This document shows positions 49,993 through 60,507 of a DNA stretch of 64,000 bases, in pieces (the first letter of the stretch is position 1; each line of letters starts with the position of its first letter). The notes under the pieces are model-generated. The model was not told the DNA's origin and did no database searches. It worked only from the letters and a program-made list of their open reading frames with translations. The DNA comes from Candidatus Omnitrophota bacterium (lineage in GTDB: Bacteria > Omnitrophota > Gorgyraeia > Zapsychrales > Fredricksoniimonadaceae): assembly GCA_002753465.1 (NCBI GenBank), contig PEAF01000002.1:10942-74941 (forward strand). The letters are read 5' to 3'. The translations under genes were made by a program, and so were the position numbers.

Positions 49993-51176
49993 TTCAAAAC
50001 CTCTATATGATCCTTAAGAACTTCCCAGCGTCCATTTCTTATTTGATGCATCTTCAGTACAACAGCGCCCTTATGACGATCTTGAGCAAACGTGATAGGA
50101 GAAGTGATCCCCCCGGTATCAAAATCTTTGATGCTCTCTAACGAATGCCTGAGATTCTCCCCTGAAAGGTTTGGCGCCGTTCTCTCAATAGCTGTCAAAA
50201 GAACTTTGGCGGTAACCCAGCCTTGCAAATACCTTAAGCCTACAGTATTAAGATCGCGTCCCAAAACTGGCATTGCGGCTCTGATCTCGACCATTCCAGG
50301 AAGATCTTCATAGGGAAATGCAAATGGATTTACACCCAACAACCCCTCTCCCGCCTGCCCGGTCAATGACTGCACTTTTTCATCGACACCCCAATTCAAA
50401 GTTATGAACTGAATTTTACTATTCAATCGGTTGCTCGTTCTAACGACTGTTGCTGTAGCCGTTGCTGTCTGATTGATGATACCGTAATCGGCACCACCTG
50501 CGTCTATAACGGCCTTTATTTGTTCAGAGGCATCCAATGCTGATAAAGCGACTATCTGTTCACTCACAAGATCAATGCCATTAGCCCTGGCATAGTCTCG
50601 TCCGGCTTGAATAGGGGATTTTCCGAATGACGTGTCATTGTAGAAAAAGGCAACCTTTGGCTTACGCGTCTTATCGGTCCAGTTATCTAGAATGTATTTC
50701 AAAGCTATCTTCATTTGATCTGAATATGATGCAGCAATCAGAAAATTGTACGGCGCCGTTACAACATCAGAAAGGTCTTCTGTCAGTGAACACGGGATAA
50801 ACGGGACTTTATCGACAGCAGCCTTACCATGCAAGACCTGAGAGTCGCCTGTACCCCAGCCTAAAATAGCGATCACCCTATCATCATTCACAAGTTTACG
50901 ATAAAGCTCCTCAGCTCGGGGGATATTATAGGCGTAATCATCATAAATAAGTTCGACCTTCAAACCGTTGATACCACCACGCGAATTAACATAAGCAACA
51001 TAATCCCGCTCACCATCAGAAAAAGGAATAGCCGCATCGCTGGTTGGACCGGTAAGATCCCATATCCCACCGATCTTAATTGTCTTTGTCTCTGTTTTTC
51101 CACAGCCATAAATTACTGATATACCAAAGATCGCAAACAATAAGAATAAATATTTTATACGCATACAGATCTCCAA
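49989..51176 (-). CDS. Branched-chain amino acid-type periplasmic binding lipoprotein
   Basis: Lipobox; DLTGP, GGING..VEL...D motifs. Confidence 0.88.
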   Translation of the reverse strand: MEICMRIKYLFLLFAIFGISVIYGCGKTETKTIKIGGIWDLTGPTSDAAIPFSDGERDYVAYVNSRGGINGLKVELIYDDYAYNIPRAEELYRKLVNDDRVIAILGWGTGDSQVLHGKAAVDKVPFIPCSLTEDLSDVVTAPYNFLIAASYSDQMKIALKYILDNWTDKTRKPKVAFFYNDTSFGKSPIQAGRDYARANGIDLVSEQIVALSALDASEQIKAVIDAGGADYGIINQTATATATVVRTSNRLNSKIQFITLNWGVDEKVQSLTGQAGEGLLGVNPFAFPYEDLPGMVEIRAAMPVLGRDLNTVGLRYLQGWVTAKVLLTAIERTAPNLSGENLRHSLESIKDFDTGGITSPITFAQDRHKGAVVLKMHQIRNGRWEVLKDHIEVLK

Positions 51177-51236
51177 AAATAACTATTAACTAAGAGTAGT
51201 TTACAGCTAATTTAAAGTTCATGGAATATAAAAAGA

Positions 51237-51266
51237 AAAAACCCTTTCTGTATAAGAAAGGGTTTT
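51237..51266 (-). terminator. Terminator-like hairpin
   Basis: AAAACCCTTTCT/AGAAAGGGTTTT inverted repeat. Confidence 0.65.
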
Positions 51267-51352
51267 AAAAAGATTAAATAATATTTAAATTTCGTCTAAA
51301 ATAAAGATCCCACGATGATTCTTCGAATCCCTATATGCGTAACTAAAGAATA

Positions 51353-51441
51353 CGGAGAAGGAGGGATTCGAACCCTCGGTACACATCTCTGCATACACAC
51401 ACTTTCCAGGCGTGCGCCTTCAACCACTCGGCCACCTCTCC
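51353..51441 (-). tRNA. tRNA-Ser(GGA)
   Basis: GGAGAGGTGGCCGAGTGGTTGAAGGC...CTGGAAA anticodon loop; long variable arm. Confidence 0.95.
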
Positions 51442-51470
51442 AAAACAAATAAAGCAATCTAAAAGAACAA

Positions 51471-51589
51471 AGCGCTGCTTTCAAACAACGGCATTCAGCG
51501 TTGTGCCAGCGTCAACAAACTTATTCCAGAAAAGCTGGCCAACCACTCGGCCACCTCTCCAAAACAAACAAGCTTTTCTAAAAGAACAA
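51471..51589 (-). repeat. Duplicated tRNA-Ser 5' end and leader with a hairpin insert
   Basis: 29 bp at 51540-51568 identical to 51421-51449; TCTAAAAGAACAA also repeated at the same 119 bp period. Confidence 0.8.
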
Positions 51590-51593
51590 CGAA

Positions 51594-53699
51594 TCAAATA
51601 ATAATACGCGCATCAACTGCAAAAGAACCGTCTTTATTGGTGATCAGAGGATTAATGTCCACTTCTTTTACATGCTCTGCGATCTTCTGCACAGCAAGAA
51701 GGGTCTTAATGATCGATTCTTTATGCGCACCCTGGCCGCGATACCCGTCCAAAAGCTTCTTGGCTTTGATCTCACCGATCAATCGCTTAGCCTCTCCCTC
51801 CCCAAAGGGAACAATGCGGAAAGAAACATCCTTAAGAACCTCAACGAATATCCCTCCAAGGCCAAACATAACGGCCGGACCGAACTGAGGGTCTTTATTC
51901 ATGCCAACAATGCACTGCAAACCATCGACCATCTGGCAAAGGTTAACACCCAAAAGCTTCGCATTAGGCGCATTTTTCTTAACCGTCTCCATCATCTGAT
52001 CAAACTTGGCCCGCATTTCATCTGCATTCTTAATATTAAGTATAACGCCGCCTACATCTGACTTATGAATAATATCCACGGACGTGATCTTCATGGCAAC
52101 AGGATACATTTGCGTTTTTTCAGCGATCTTGACCGCTTCATCAGCTGACGTCGCAAAACCCCATTTAGGCATTGGCACACCGCAGGCTTCAAAAACTTCA
52201 CGTGATTCATGCTCTAAGAGGAACGTACGACCTTCTTTACGGACGCGCTCGATGACTTCCAGTGCTTTTGCAGGGGCTTCGGGTGTTTTCACCTTCTCCT
52301 TGGGACGTGCACAAATTTCCTTCCACTGATAGAGGGATTTCAAACCAGCGACAGCTTCACGGACCTCTGTCATCGCGGGTATCTGATTCTCATTAAGGAT
52401 CTGAATGGCCTGACGTGAGCGCTCGCCGCCAACCATGGTCACAACCAGAGGCTTATTGCGTTTAACAGCGTTATACTCATCAACAACAGCCCTGGCAACT
52501 TCAACGGGGTCCAAAACAGCCGTTTCACAATAAAGAACGATCACAGAATGGATGCGGTCTTCAGCCAATGCAACACGAACAGCCTTTTGATAGCCCTCAC
52601 GTCCGCCGCCACCTGTCACATCGATAGGATTTTTAGTAGAGCCGAACTCAGGCATGGTCGGACGGAATTTTTCCTCAAGCCAAACATGATCTTCAAATAG
52701 TTTAAGACCGGCATTATCACACTCATCCGTCGCACTGACGCCGATACCGCCGCCATTGGTAATGATCAACGTATCATCACCCTTGGGTTCAGGCATTGAT
52801 AAGGCGCAGGCACTGGCGAATGCCTGGGTGAATGTACGGCCACGCAACATTCCCAATTGATTGAACGCCGCCGTATAGATCTTGTCAGAGCCTGACAATG
52901 AACCTGTATGTGAAGCCGCTGCCTGAGCGCCACGCGTAGATGTCCCGGACTTCAAAATGACCACAGGCTTTTTGATCTTGGTGGTCATAAATTGACGACC
53001 ATCCTTAATGCCTTCCATATAGATCAAAATAACGCTGACATTCGGATCATCATTAAAATATTCAATCAGCTCTTTCTCTCCGATATCCGCTTTATTCCCC
53101 AAACTAACGACCGAAGCAAGCCCGATCTTTTCCATCATGGTCCAACCCATCAGCGAAATACCCAAAGCGCCGCTCTGAGAAATAAAGGCGATCTTCCCCG
53201 CCGTAACATTTTGAGGACCGAAAGAAGCATTAAGGTTTGAAGGCGTATATACAAAACCAAATGTATTCGGACCTAAAAGAGCAATGTCATGTTTATCAGC
53301 CAGATCCTTAAGCGCCTGTTCCTCCTTTTTCTTACCGATCTCGGAAAAACCGGAAGTAATGATAACGGCACCCTTTACATTCTTGGCAGCACATTCTTTA
53401 AGAACACCCTCGACCATAGGTGCCGGAACAGCGATGACGGCAAAATCAATGTCCGTCGGACATGCGGTCACAGAAGGAAAACAGGGGACGCCCAGGATCT
53501 CCGTCGACTTCTTATTGACGGGGTATATCTTGCCCTTAAACCCGTTCTTGACGATATTATTGAGAACCTGATAGCCGACTTTGGCCGGTTCTGATGACGC
53601 CCCGACAACCACTACGCTCTTGGGATTAAATACCTTCTTGAGATTTGCAATCTTGACCTTAACATCCGCGACTACTTCACCGGCGGCATCGAGTGACAT
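51594..53699 (-). CDS. ADP-forming acetyl-CoA synthetase (alpha-beta fusion)
   Basis: CoA-binding domain, SQSGA, SHTGSL, HKSDVGGV and ATP-grasp C-terminus. Confidence 0.92.
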   Translation of the reverse strand: MSLDAAGEVVADVKVKIANLKKVFNPKSVVVVGASSEPAKVGYQVLNNIVKNGFKGKIYPVNKKSTEILGVPCFPSVTACPTDIDFAVIAVPAPMVEGVLKECAAKNVKGAVIITSGFSEIGKKKEEQALKDLADKHDIALLGPNTFGFVYTPSNLNASFGPQNVTAGKIAFISQSGALGISLMGWTMMEKIGLASVVSLGNKADIGEKELIEYFNDDPNVSVILIYMEGIKDGRQFMTTKIKKPVVILKSGTSTRGAQAAASHTGSLSGSDKIYTAAFNQLGMLRGRTFTQAFASACALSMPEPKGDDTLIITNGGGIGVSATDECDNAGLKLFEDHVWLEEKFRPTMPEFGSTKNPIDVTGGGGREGYQKAVRVALAEDRIHSVIVLYCETAVLDPVEVARAVVDEYNAVKRNKPLVVTMVGGERSRQAIQILNENQIPAMTEVREAVAGLKSLYQWKEICARPKEKVKTPEAPAKALEVIERVRKEGRTFLLEHESREVFEACGVPMPKWGFATSADEAVKIAEKTQMYPVAMKITSVDIIHKSDVGGVILNIKNADEMRAKFDQMMETVKKNAPNAKLLGVNLCQMVDGLQCIVGMNKDPQFGPAVMFGLGGIFVEVLKDVSFRIVPFGEGEAKRLIGEIKAKKLLDGYRGQGAHKESIIKTLLAVQKIAEHVKEVDINPLITNKDGSFAVDARIII

Positions 53700-53775
53700 A
53701 AAAACCCTTCCTTTTTATATTTAAATCCGCTTAGGGCAAGACAACCTTACCCTAAGCAGATCAATTCCAAACGAA

Positions 53776-56700
53776 CTACGCTTGAACAGACTTGACAGAC
53801 GCTGCAACCTGCGCAGCAAGGGACTCATATGCCGCCCACTTGGAATTAACATCTTCCTGAGCTAACTTGATCAAACGCTCCGCCTCTTCAGGCTTCGATT
53901 TTGTCAATGACTTGAAGCGCGTTTCGCCATAAGCATAATCCTTGAAATTCATCTTAGGTGCAGCGGAATCCAAAGTTAGAGGATTTTTACCTTCCTTAAT
54001 GAGATCCGGATTATAGCGGAACAGCGGCCAGTGACCTGAATCAACGACTGACTTCTGCTCAGAAAGACCGCCTGCCATATTGATACCATGCGCAATACAA
54101 TGGCTGTAAGCAAGAATCAGAGAAGCGCCCTGATACTTCTCTGCTTCCATGATAGCCTTGACCGTATGCTCATCTTTGGCACCAACAGCAACAGTGGCCA
54201 CATAAACATTGCCGTAAGTCATGATCATGCGCGCAAGATCCTTTTTAGGCATCTGCTTTCCACCCGCAGCGAACTTGGCAACAGCACCACGTGGCGTTGA
54301 CTTTGACGCCTGGCCACCCGTGTTTGAGTAAACTTCAGTATCCATGACCATGATGTTAACATTGCGACCTTGTGCCAGAACATGGTCCAAGCCGCCGAAG
54401 CCGATGTCATATGCCCAACCATCGCCGCCGAAGATCCAGACGCTCTTTTTAACAAGATAGTCCGCCAGCGACAAAAGATGCTTGGCCTCAAGTGATGAAT
54501 TACCAGCCAGCTTTTTCTTAAGCGCTTCTACGCGATTGCGCTGTTCAAAGATATCAGCTTCATCGATCTGATTAGCCGTCAAAATAGCATTAACCAATTC
54601 TGAGCCAACCTGAGCCTCAAGCGTCTTTAACAGCATCGCAGCATGATCCGCCTTTTTATCGATCGAAAGACGGAACCCAAGGCCAAACTCCGCATTGTCC
54701 TCAAAGAGCGAATTTGACCAGGCAGGCCCGCGCCCGTCGCAATTCTTCGTATATGGCGTTGTCGGAAGGTTGCCGCCGTAGATGGACGTGCAACCCGTGG
54801 CATTCGCAATAATGGCACGGTCACCGAACAATTGCGTGACAATTTTGATATACGGTGTTTCTCCACAACCTGCGCAAGCACCGGAGAACTCGAACAAAGG
54901 CTGAAGGAACTGCGCGCCGCGAACTGTACCCTGCTTGATCTTGGAACGATCGGCATCAGGAAGATTGAAGAAAAATTCCCAATTTTTAGCTTCACGATCA
55001 CGGATCGGAGCAATTGAGACCATATTGATAGCCTTCTTCGTCGGATCCTTCTTGTTCTTTGCGGGACAGGCAGAAACACACACGCCGCAACCGGTGCAAT
55101 CCTCAGCAGCAACCTGAATGCGGAATTTCATACCCGCAAATTCCTTATCCTTAGCCGCCGTTGTAACGAAAGACGCATCGGCTCCCTTAAGATTCTCTTC
55201 ACTGATAACTTTGCTGCGAATAACAGCATGCGGACATACCATGACACACTTACCACACTGGATGCAAACCTCAGAATCCCACTCAGGGCACTCTAAAGCA
55301 ATGCAGCGCTTTTCATACTTGGTCGTACCTGTTGGGAATGTGCCATCGATAGGCATTTTACTGACAGGCAGTTTGTCGCCGCGACCGGCGATGATCTCAG
55401 CTGTAACGTTCTTGACGAATTCAGTCGGGATACCGGAGACAGGAGCCTTGAACTCGACCTTACTGGTCACGGCCGCAGGAACTTTCACTTCGTGCAAATT
55501 AGCCAAGGTCTCATCAACAGCCTTAAAGTTCTGCTGAACGACGTCTTCACCCTTTTTGCCATAGGCCTTTTGAATGGACTTCTTGATCTGATTGATAGCC
55601 TCTTCACGCGGCAAAACGCCAGAGATCGCGAAGAAACATGTTTGCATGATCGTGTTGATGCGCCCGCCCATACCGGTCTTCAAGGCCACATGAGAAGCAT
55701 CAATAACATAGAATTTAAGTTTCTTCTCAACGACATGCGCCTGGATCGGACGCGGCAAAGAATCCCACGCTTTATCCGCAGACACCGTCGAATTAAGAAG
55801 GAATACAGCTCCTTCAGCTGCATCCTTTAACATGTCATATCTCTCCAGGAAAATATTCTGGTGGCATGCAATAAAATTCGCTCGGCAGATCAAATACGGC
55901 GCACGGATCGGGTTCGGCCCGAATCGTAAGTGAGACACGGTCATCGAACCGGACTTCTTTGAATCATACACGAAATACCCCTGTCCATAATTCGGCGTAT
56001 TCTCGGCGATGATCTTGATGGTCGCTTTGTTTGCTCCAACCGTACCATCAGCTCCTAAACCGTAGAACAGACAGCAGACACTCTTAGGATCTTCAACAAC
56101 ACATGCCTCATTGATCTCAAGGCTGGTGTGGCAAACATCATCGTTAATACCTACCGTAAAATGATTCTTGGCATCAGCTTTCTTCATCTCATCGAATACG
56201 GCCGTAACCATCGCCGGTGTAAATTCTTTGGACGACAACCCGTAACGACCACAGATAACCTTAGGCACTGACTTAAGAACGCCTTCCTGCTGCGCTTCGA
56301 ATAAGGCGTTGACCACATCCTGATAAAGCGGCTCACCGGCGCAGCCAGGCTCCTTGGTGCGATCAAGGACCGCCAGGGTCCTGACCGACTTAGGCAAAGC
56401 GTTAATGAAATGCTTAATCGAGAACGGACGGTATAAACGAACCTTAAGAACACCGACTTTCTCTCCCTTTGCAGCGAAATGGTCGATCGTGGTCTGAACA
56501 GTCTCACAACCGGAGCCCATCAGAATGATCACACGCTCTGCATCAGGCGCGCCGTAATAATCAAAGATCCGGTACTGACGGCCAAGTAACTTGGAAAACT
56601 TGTCCATCTGGGCCTGTACGATATCCGGGCACTTGATATAGAAAGGATTAACCGTTTCACGACCCTGAAAATAGACGTCAGGATTTTGTGCAGTTCCACG

Positions 56701-57351
56701 CATCACAGGCTTATCAGGCGTTAACGCACGGTTGCGGTGCGCAATAACCAGATCATCATTGATCATGGCCTTGATATCAGCCTCGTCAAGAAGTTCGATC
56801 TTGGCAACTTCATGGGACGTACGGAACCCGTCGAAGAAATGCATGAAAGGGATACGGCTCTCAAGCGACGCGGCATACGAGATCAGCGCCATGTCCATAC
56901 ATTCCTGGACATTGGTCGATGCCAGCATGGCAAAACCGGTTTGACGGGCGGACATAACATCAGAATGATCACCAAAGATCGACAATGCCTGCGCAGCCAA
57001 TGAGCGCGCAGAAACATGGAAGACAGCGGGCGTCAACTCGCCGGCGATCTTGTACATATTAGGGATTTTTAACAGCAGACCCTGCGACGCCGTGAATGTC
57101 GTCGTCATAGCGCCCGCCTGAAGCGCTCCATGCACAGCGCCCGCAGCACCGGCCTCAGACTGCATTTCCTGAACCATGGGAACAACACCCCAGATATTCT
57201 TAACGCCCATAGCCGCCCATTCGTCGGAAAACTCACCCATATTGGATGAAGGGGTGATCGGATAGATCGCGATCACATCGCTAACGCGATAAGCGACATA
57301 AGCTGCCGCTTCATTGCCATCAAGTGTGTAGAATTTACGTGCCATTTTCAT
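53776..57351 (-). CDS. nifJ: Pyruvate:ferredoxin (flavodoxin) oxidoreductase
   Basis: YPITPS, DGFRTSHE, two 4Fe-4S motifs and GGDGWAYDIG. Confidence 0.97.
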   Translation of the reverse strand: MKMARKFYTLDGNEAAAYVAYRVSDVIAIYPITPSSNMGEFSDEWAAMGVKNIWGVVPMVQEMQSEAGAAGAVHGALQAGAMTTTFTASQGLLLKIPNMYKIAGELTPAVFHVSARSLAAQALSIFGDHSDVMSARQTGFAMLASTNVQECMDMALISYAASLESRIPFMHFFDGFRTSHEVAKIELLDEADIKAMINDDLVIAHRNRALTPDKPVMRGTAQNPDVYFQGRETVNPFYIKCPDIVQAQMDKFSKLLGRQYRIFDYYGAPDAERVIILMGSGCETVQTTIDHFAAKGEKVGVLKVRLYRPFSIKHFINALPKSVRTLAVLDRTKEPGCAGEPLYQDVVNALFEAQQEGVLKSVPKVICGRYGLSSKEFTPAMVTAVFDEMKKADAKNHFTVGINDDVCHTSLEINEACVVEDPKSVCCLFYGLGADGTVGANKATIKIIAENTPNYGQGYFVYDSKKSGSMTVSHLRFGPNPIRAPYLICRANFIACHQNIFLERYDMLKDAAEGAVFLLNSTVSADKAWDSLPRPIQAHVVEKKLKFYVIDASHVALKTGMGGRINTIMQTCFFAISGVLPREEAINQIKKSIQKAYGKKGEDVVQQNFKAVDETLANLHEVKVPAAVTSKVEFKAPVSGIPTEFVKNVTAEIIAGRGDKLPVSKMPIDGTFPTGTTKYEKRCIALECPEWDSEVCIQCGKCVMVCPHAVIRSKVISEENLKGADASFVTTAAKDKEFAGMKFRIQVAAEDCTGCGVCVSACPAKNKKDPTKKAINMVSIAPIRDREAKNWEFFFNLPDADRSKIKQGTVRGAQFLQPLFEFSGACAGCGETPYIKIVTQLFGDRAIIANATGCTSIYGGNLPTTPYTKNCDGRGPAWSNSLFEDNAEFGLGFRLSIDKKADHAAMLLKTLEAQVGSELVNAILTANQIDEADIFEQRNRVEALKKKLAGNSSLEAKHLLSLADYLVKKSVWIFGGDGWAYDIGFGGLDHVLAQGRNVNIMVMDTEVYSNTGGQASKSTPRGAVAKFAAGGKQMPKKDLARMIMTYGNVYVATVAVGAKDEHTVKAIMEAEKYQGASLILAYSHCIAHGINMAGGLSEQKSVVDSGHWPLFRYNPDLIKEGKNPLTLDSAAPKMNFKDYAYGETRFKSLTKSKPEEAERLIKLAQEDVNSKWAAYESLAAQVAASVKSVQA

Positions 57352-57586
57352 GCCTCTTTCTTTAATGTATTTTGCCGCAAAACAGAAAACCCTGCGCTCA
57401 TGCGCAGGGCAGAATATCCCAAAGGGCCGTAAGTTTACAGGCCGGAACAGATGAAACGATCTTTACATGACTCTCGACTGACATATATAGGGAAATACCG
57501 ATGTTTAACTGAAGAATCCAAATATTTTACATACTTTTCGATTTGTGTAAAGGGATTTTCAAACGAACCGCGGCTTTACTGAAGGG

Positions 57587-58441
57587 TCATTCAAAAACAA
57601 CCGTTTTATTGCCGTAACACAGGACCTTACGTTCCAGATGCCAGCGAATAGCTCGATATAAAACAACACGCTCAAGATCCTGCCCCTCCTCGATCAGATC
57701 ATGGATCGCATAACGATGGCTGATACGTGCAGCGTCCTGTTCGATAATGGGCCCCTGATCAAGCGCCTCAATAACATAATGACTGGTTGCACCTATAAGC
57801 TTGACACCCTTCTGGTGAGCCTGAGCATACGGACTACCCCCAACAAATGCCGGCAAGAAAGAGTGATGGATGTTAATAATGGCATTAGGGTACTGCTGAA
57901 TGAACTGATCGGTCAGAATTTGATGATAGCGTGCCAGAACAACAAGATTTACACCTTTAGCCTGCAAAGCCGCCAACTGGATCTCCTCAGCCGCCCTTTT
58001 TGTTTCTGCCAAAACAGGCACATGAAGAAAGTCAATACCCGATTGATGCGCCAGGTCCTCAGCATCATGATGATTGCTGATGATCAGTTCAATCTTAGCG
58101 TGCGGCAACTGTCCGGACCTGTAACGAAAAAGAAGGTCATACAAACAATGCAACTGCTTTGAAACAAAGATCGCCATCTTAACCGGAACGTCCGTAAAGT
58201 AAAGCTCCCACGACATTTTAAACTTTTCGGCCAAAGGCTGAAACTCACGGCTGATGGTCGCTCGTGGCACCGTAAAACCCGCCATAGCCCACTCGATACG
58301 CATAAAAAATGCCCCCGACTCAGCATCAGCATGCTGTGCTGCGTCAAGGATATTGCCGCCGCGCTTGAAAACAAAATCTGTGACGGCGGCAGTTATGCCT
58401 TTTTGATCCGGACATGAAATTAGAAGAATGGCATGAGGCAT
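57587..58441 (-). CDS. purU: Formyltetrahydrofolate deformylase
   Basis: ACT domain CPDQKG, NIHHSFLPAF and GPIIEQ motifs. Confidence 0.95.
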   Translation of the reverse strand: MPHAILLISCPDQKGITAAVTDFVFKRGGNILDAAQHADAESGAFFMRIEWAMAGFTVPRATISREFQPLAEKFKMSWELYFTDVPVKMAIFVSKQLHCLYDLLFRYRSGQLPHAKIELIISNHHDAEDLAHQSGIDFLHVPVLAETKRAAEEIQLAALQAKGVNLVVLARYHQILTDQFIQQYPNAIINIHHSFLPAFVGGSPYAQAHQKGVKLIGATSHYVIEALDQGPIIEQDAARISHRYAIHDLIEEGQDLERVVLYRAIRWHLERKVLCYGNKTVVFE

Positions 58442-58450
58442 AAAATTGTC

Positions 58451-58618
58451 CTAGAAGTTCTGCACCGCGCCCTGTCGCTCCAACTCCCTGGAACGCTCAG
58501 CATCTCTCTGCTTGCCATAGAAAAAGAAACCGCCGGCAACCATTCCTGTTATGACAATGAATGAAAGATATGTCCATACACGCGGCTTTCTTTTGCGGGG
58601 ATCAAAGAATATTGACAC
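58451..58618 (-). CDS. Small membrane protein (55 aa)
   Basis: GTG start after GGAGG; single TM segment. Confidence 0.55.
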   Translation of the reverse strand: MSIFFDPRKRKPRVWTYLSFIVITGMVAGGFFFYGKQRDAERSRELERQGAVQNF

Positions 58619-58637
58619 ACGGCCCTCCAATTTGTAG

Positions 58638-58769
58638 CAGGGAAACAAGGCCGAAGGCCGAGTTCCCCTGAATCTTGCGGATCGTGACGAAGCTATTTGC
58701 AGAGGAACTTGTTCATCGGCAAATAGCTGAGGCACGAGACGCTGGCATTGCTTTTAGCAATGCCACGTC
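58638..58769. repeat. REP-like triple hairpin array beside tRNA-Ser
   Basis: CAGGG..GGCCGAAGGCC..CCCTG; TCGTG..AGCTATTTGC..GCAAATAGCT..CACGA; TGGCATTGCT..AGCAATGCCA. Confidence 0.6.
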
Positions 58770-58787
58770 ATTTTTACACAGTAAAAA

Positions 58788-58877
58788 TGGCGGAGAGGCA
58801 GGGATTCGAACCCTGGGTATCCTTGCGGATACAACGGTTTTCGAGACCGCCCCGTTCGGCCACTCTGGCACCTCTCC
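58788..58877 (-). tRNA. tRNA-Ser(CGA)
   Basis: Anticodon loop CTCGAAA; long variable arm; CCA encoded. Confidence 0.95.
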
Positions 58878-58982
58878 GTTAAATCAAACACTCTAAATGA
58901 ACAAAAATACAATACCCATCCCCTACAAAATGTAATGGAGATGGGTATTATATTTAGAAAATGAAATATACGAAATGTTTTT

Positions 58983-59477
58983 TCATTTCAAATCTTTATT
59001 CTCGCTATCCCCGTGTTCCTGGTCATTGCGACGATCTTTCCTTGAGCTCTTTTTCTTACCACGCATCTCACGCATCTTCTGGTATTGCTCAGCGGTCAGG
59101 ATATTTCTGACTTTAAAAACATCATCGATATAAAGAAGCGAAAGCTGTTCTTCAAGAGCAACGATATCTTTGACAATAGCCACGGCCTTCGCACGATCAG
59201 GATTTACAGCATTCATTTCTTCTTTTAAGGCAACCTTCTTTGTTTTAACCTCGGCCCTTAACAACTCCGTCTTTGTTCGGCCCTCATCACGTAAAGCCTT
59301 CATTTGTGTACGCTGTTCCTCTGTCAATCCGATTGCCCACGGATCATTCTGTGCATGCGCCTGCTTCTTTCCTTCATGAGGAGCAGCCGCCTGATTTTCC
59401 ACAGCAAAGGACGCTGAACTTATAAACAACATCGTTCCCGCTACAACAATAAAACCCAATAAATACTTAAACCTCAT
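58983..59477 (-). CDS. Spy/CpxP-family periplasmic protein
   Basis: Signal peptide; LTEEQ and LTAEQ repeats. Confidence 0.82.
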   Translation of the reverse strand: MRFKYLLGFIVVAGTMLFISSASFAVENQAAAPHEGKKQAHAQNDPWAIGLTEEQRTQMKALRDEGRTKTELLRAEVKTKKVALKEEMNAVNPDRAKAVAIVKDIVALEEQLSLLYIDDVFKVRNILTAEQYQKMREMRGKKKSSRKDRRNDQEHGDSENKDLK

Positions 59478-59511
59478 ACGACTACCTCCCGTTATTAAAA
59501 ACCTTACCCAG

Positions 59512-59976
59512 TTACAAATAATCGATACTGCCCAGATCAATCCCAGACAAATCTGCTTCAATAAAAAAAGAATCTTCATCCGCATACACAAGCTGCATAA
59601 CGATATCTGCGTCGGAATCAGCTGTCGCCATCCTTCTTTGCGAAAGAATAGGGTTGGCAACAAACAATATAACGATCAATCCCGCCATCACACTGCCATA
59701 AACGAACCTTGACCTTCCTCCCCATCCGAGAAAATCTTGCCAGCAAAAAACAGGCTGCGCAATCTTATTCGCTATCCTGGCCCATACATGAAATGGCGCC
59801 TGCTCGATGACAGGTACAGATTTGATCTGGGCATCCACCTGTTGGGCGGACATTAAAAGTGCGCGACACGCCAAGCAACCTGATAAATGCTCATCAACCG
59901 TCTTTGTGCTTTCTAAGGAAAGGCGGCCATCCAGAAAATCTGTCAGCAGGATATCTTTGATCTGGCCACAATTCAT
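59512..59976 (-). CDS. Zinc-finger (zf-HC2) anti-sigma factor
   Basis: MNC...HLSGCLAC motif plus a TM segment. Confidence 0.88.
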   Translation of the reverse strand: MNCGQIKDILLTDFLDGRLSLESTKTVDEHLSGCLACRALLMSAQQVDAQIKSVPVIEQAPFHVWARIANKIAQPVFCWQDFLGWGGRSRFVYGSVMAGLIVILFVANPILSQRRMATADSDADIVMQLVYADEDSFFIEADLSGIDLGSIDYL

Positions 59977-60479
59977 AATAAACCTTTCTTCTGCGCGATC
60001 AGCGTCATGCGTGCACGGCTCAATCTAGAACGCACCGTATTCACATTGATATGCAAAACATCGGCAATCTCCTCATACGTCAACCCTTCCTGAGCCCTTA
60101 AGAGAATGCATACCTTTTGATCCTCATTTAAACACTCCAGAAGGTCCGCAACCTTACTCTGACCTTCTTCAGCGGCTATCTTTTGCTCAGTAACACTTTT
60201 GGTGTCTGCCGGGTCAAAACCCTCCATCCAGGGAACCTCAAACCTGTTTTTGCGTTTCTTGAGCAGATTCAAAGAACAGTTAACAGCGATACGGTATATC
60301 CATGTTTTTAACGACGCTTTCCCTTCAAACGTTTTAAGACTCCTATGAACCGCCAAGAAAACCTGCTGTGTTACCTCTTCAGCATCTTCTACACGGCTTA
60401 GCATACGCAAAGCCAAACGATAAACCATACCCGAGTGGCCGCGATATATATCCTCAAAAGAACAATCCTCACCACCCAT
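59973..60479 (-). CDS. ECF RNA polymerase sigma factor
   Basis: DAEEVTQ, TWIYRIAVN and NTVRSRLSRAR motifs. Confidence 0.93.
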   Translation of the reverse strand: MGGEDCSFEDIYRGHSGMVYRLALRMLSRVEDAEEVTQQVFLAVHRSLKTFEGKASLKTWIYRIAVNCSLNLLKKRKNRFEVPWMEGFDPADTKSVTEQKIAAEEGQSKVADLLECLNEDQKVCILLRAQEGLTYEEIADVLHINVNTVRSRLSRARMTLIAQKKGLL

Positions 60480-60507
60480 GATACACTCCGTTACAGCCTT
60501 CTTTTAT

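Noticed and set aside
37615-51370. Shared CGGAGAAGGAGGGATTCG at two tRNA-Ser genes as the ends of a 13.6 kb island
   Set aside because: Both are complete tRNAs with similar 3' ends, the intervening genes are housekeeping, and no integrase is present.
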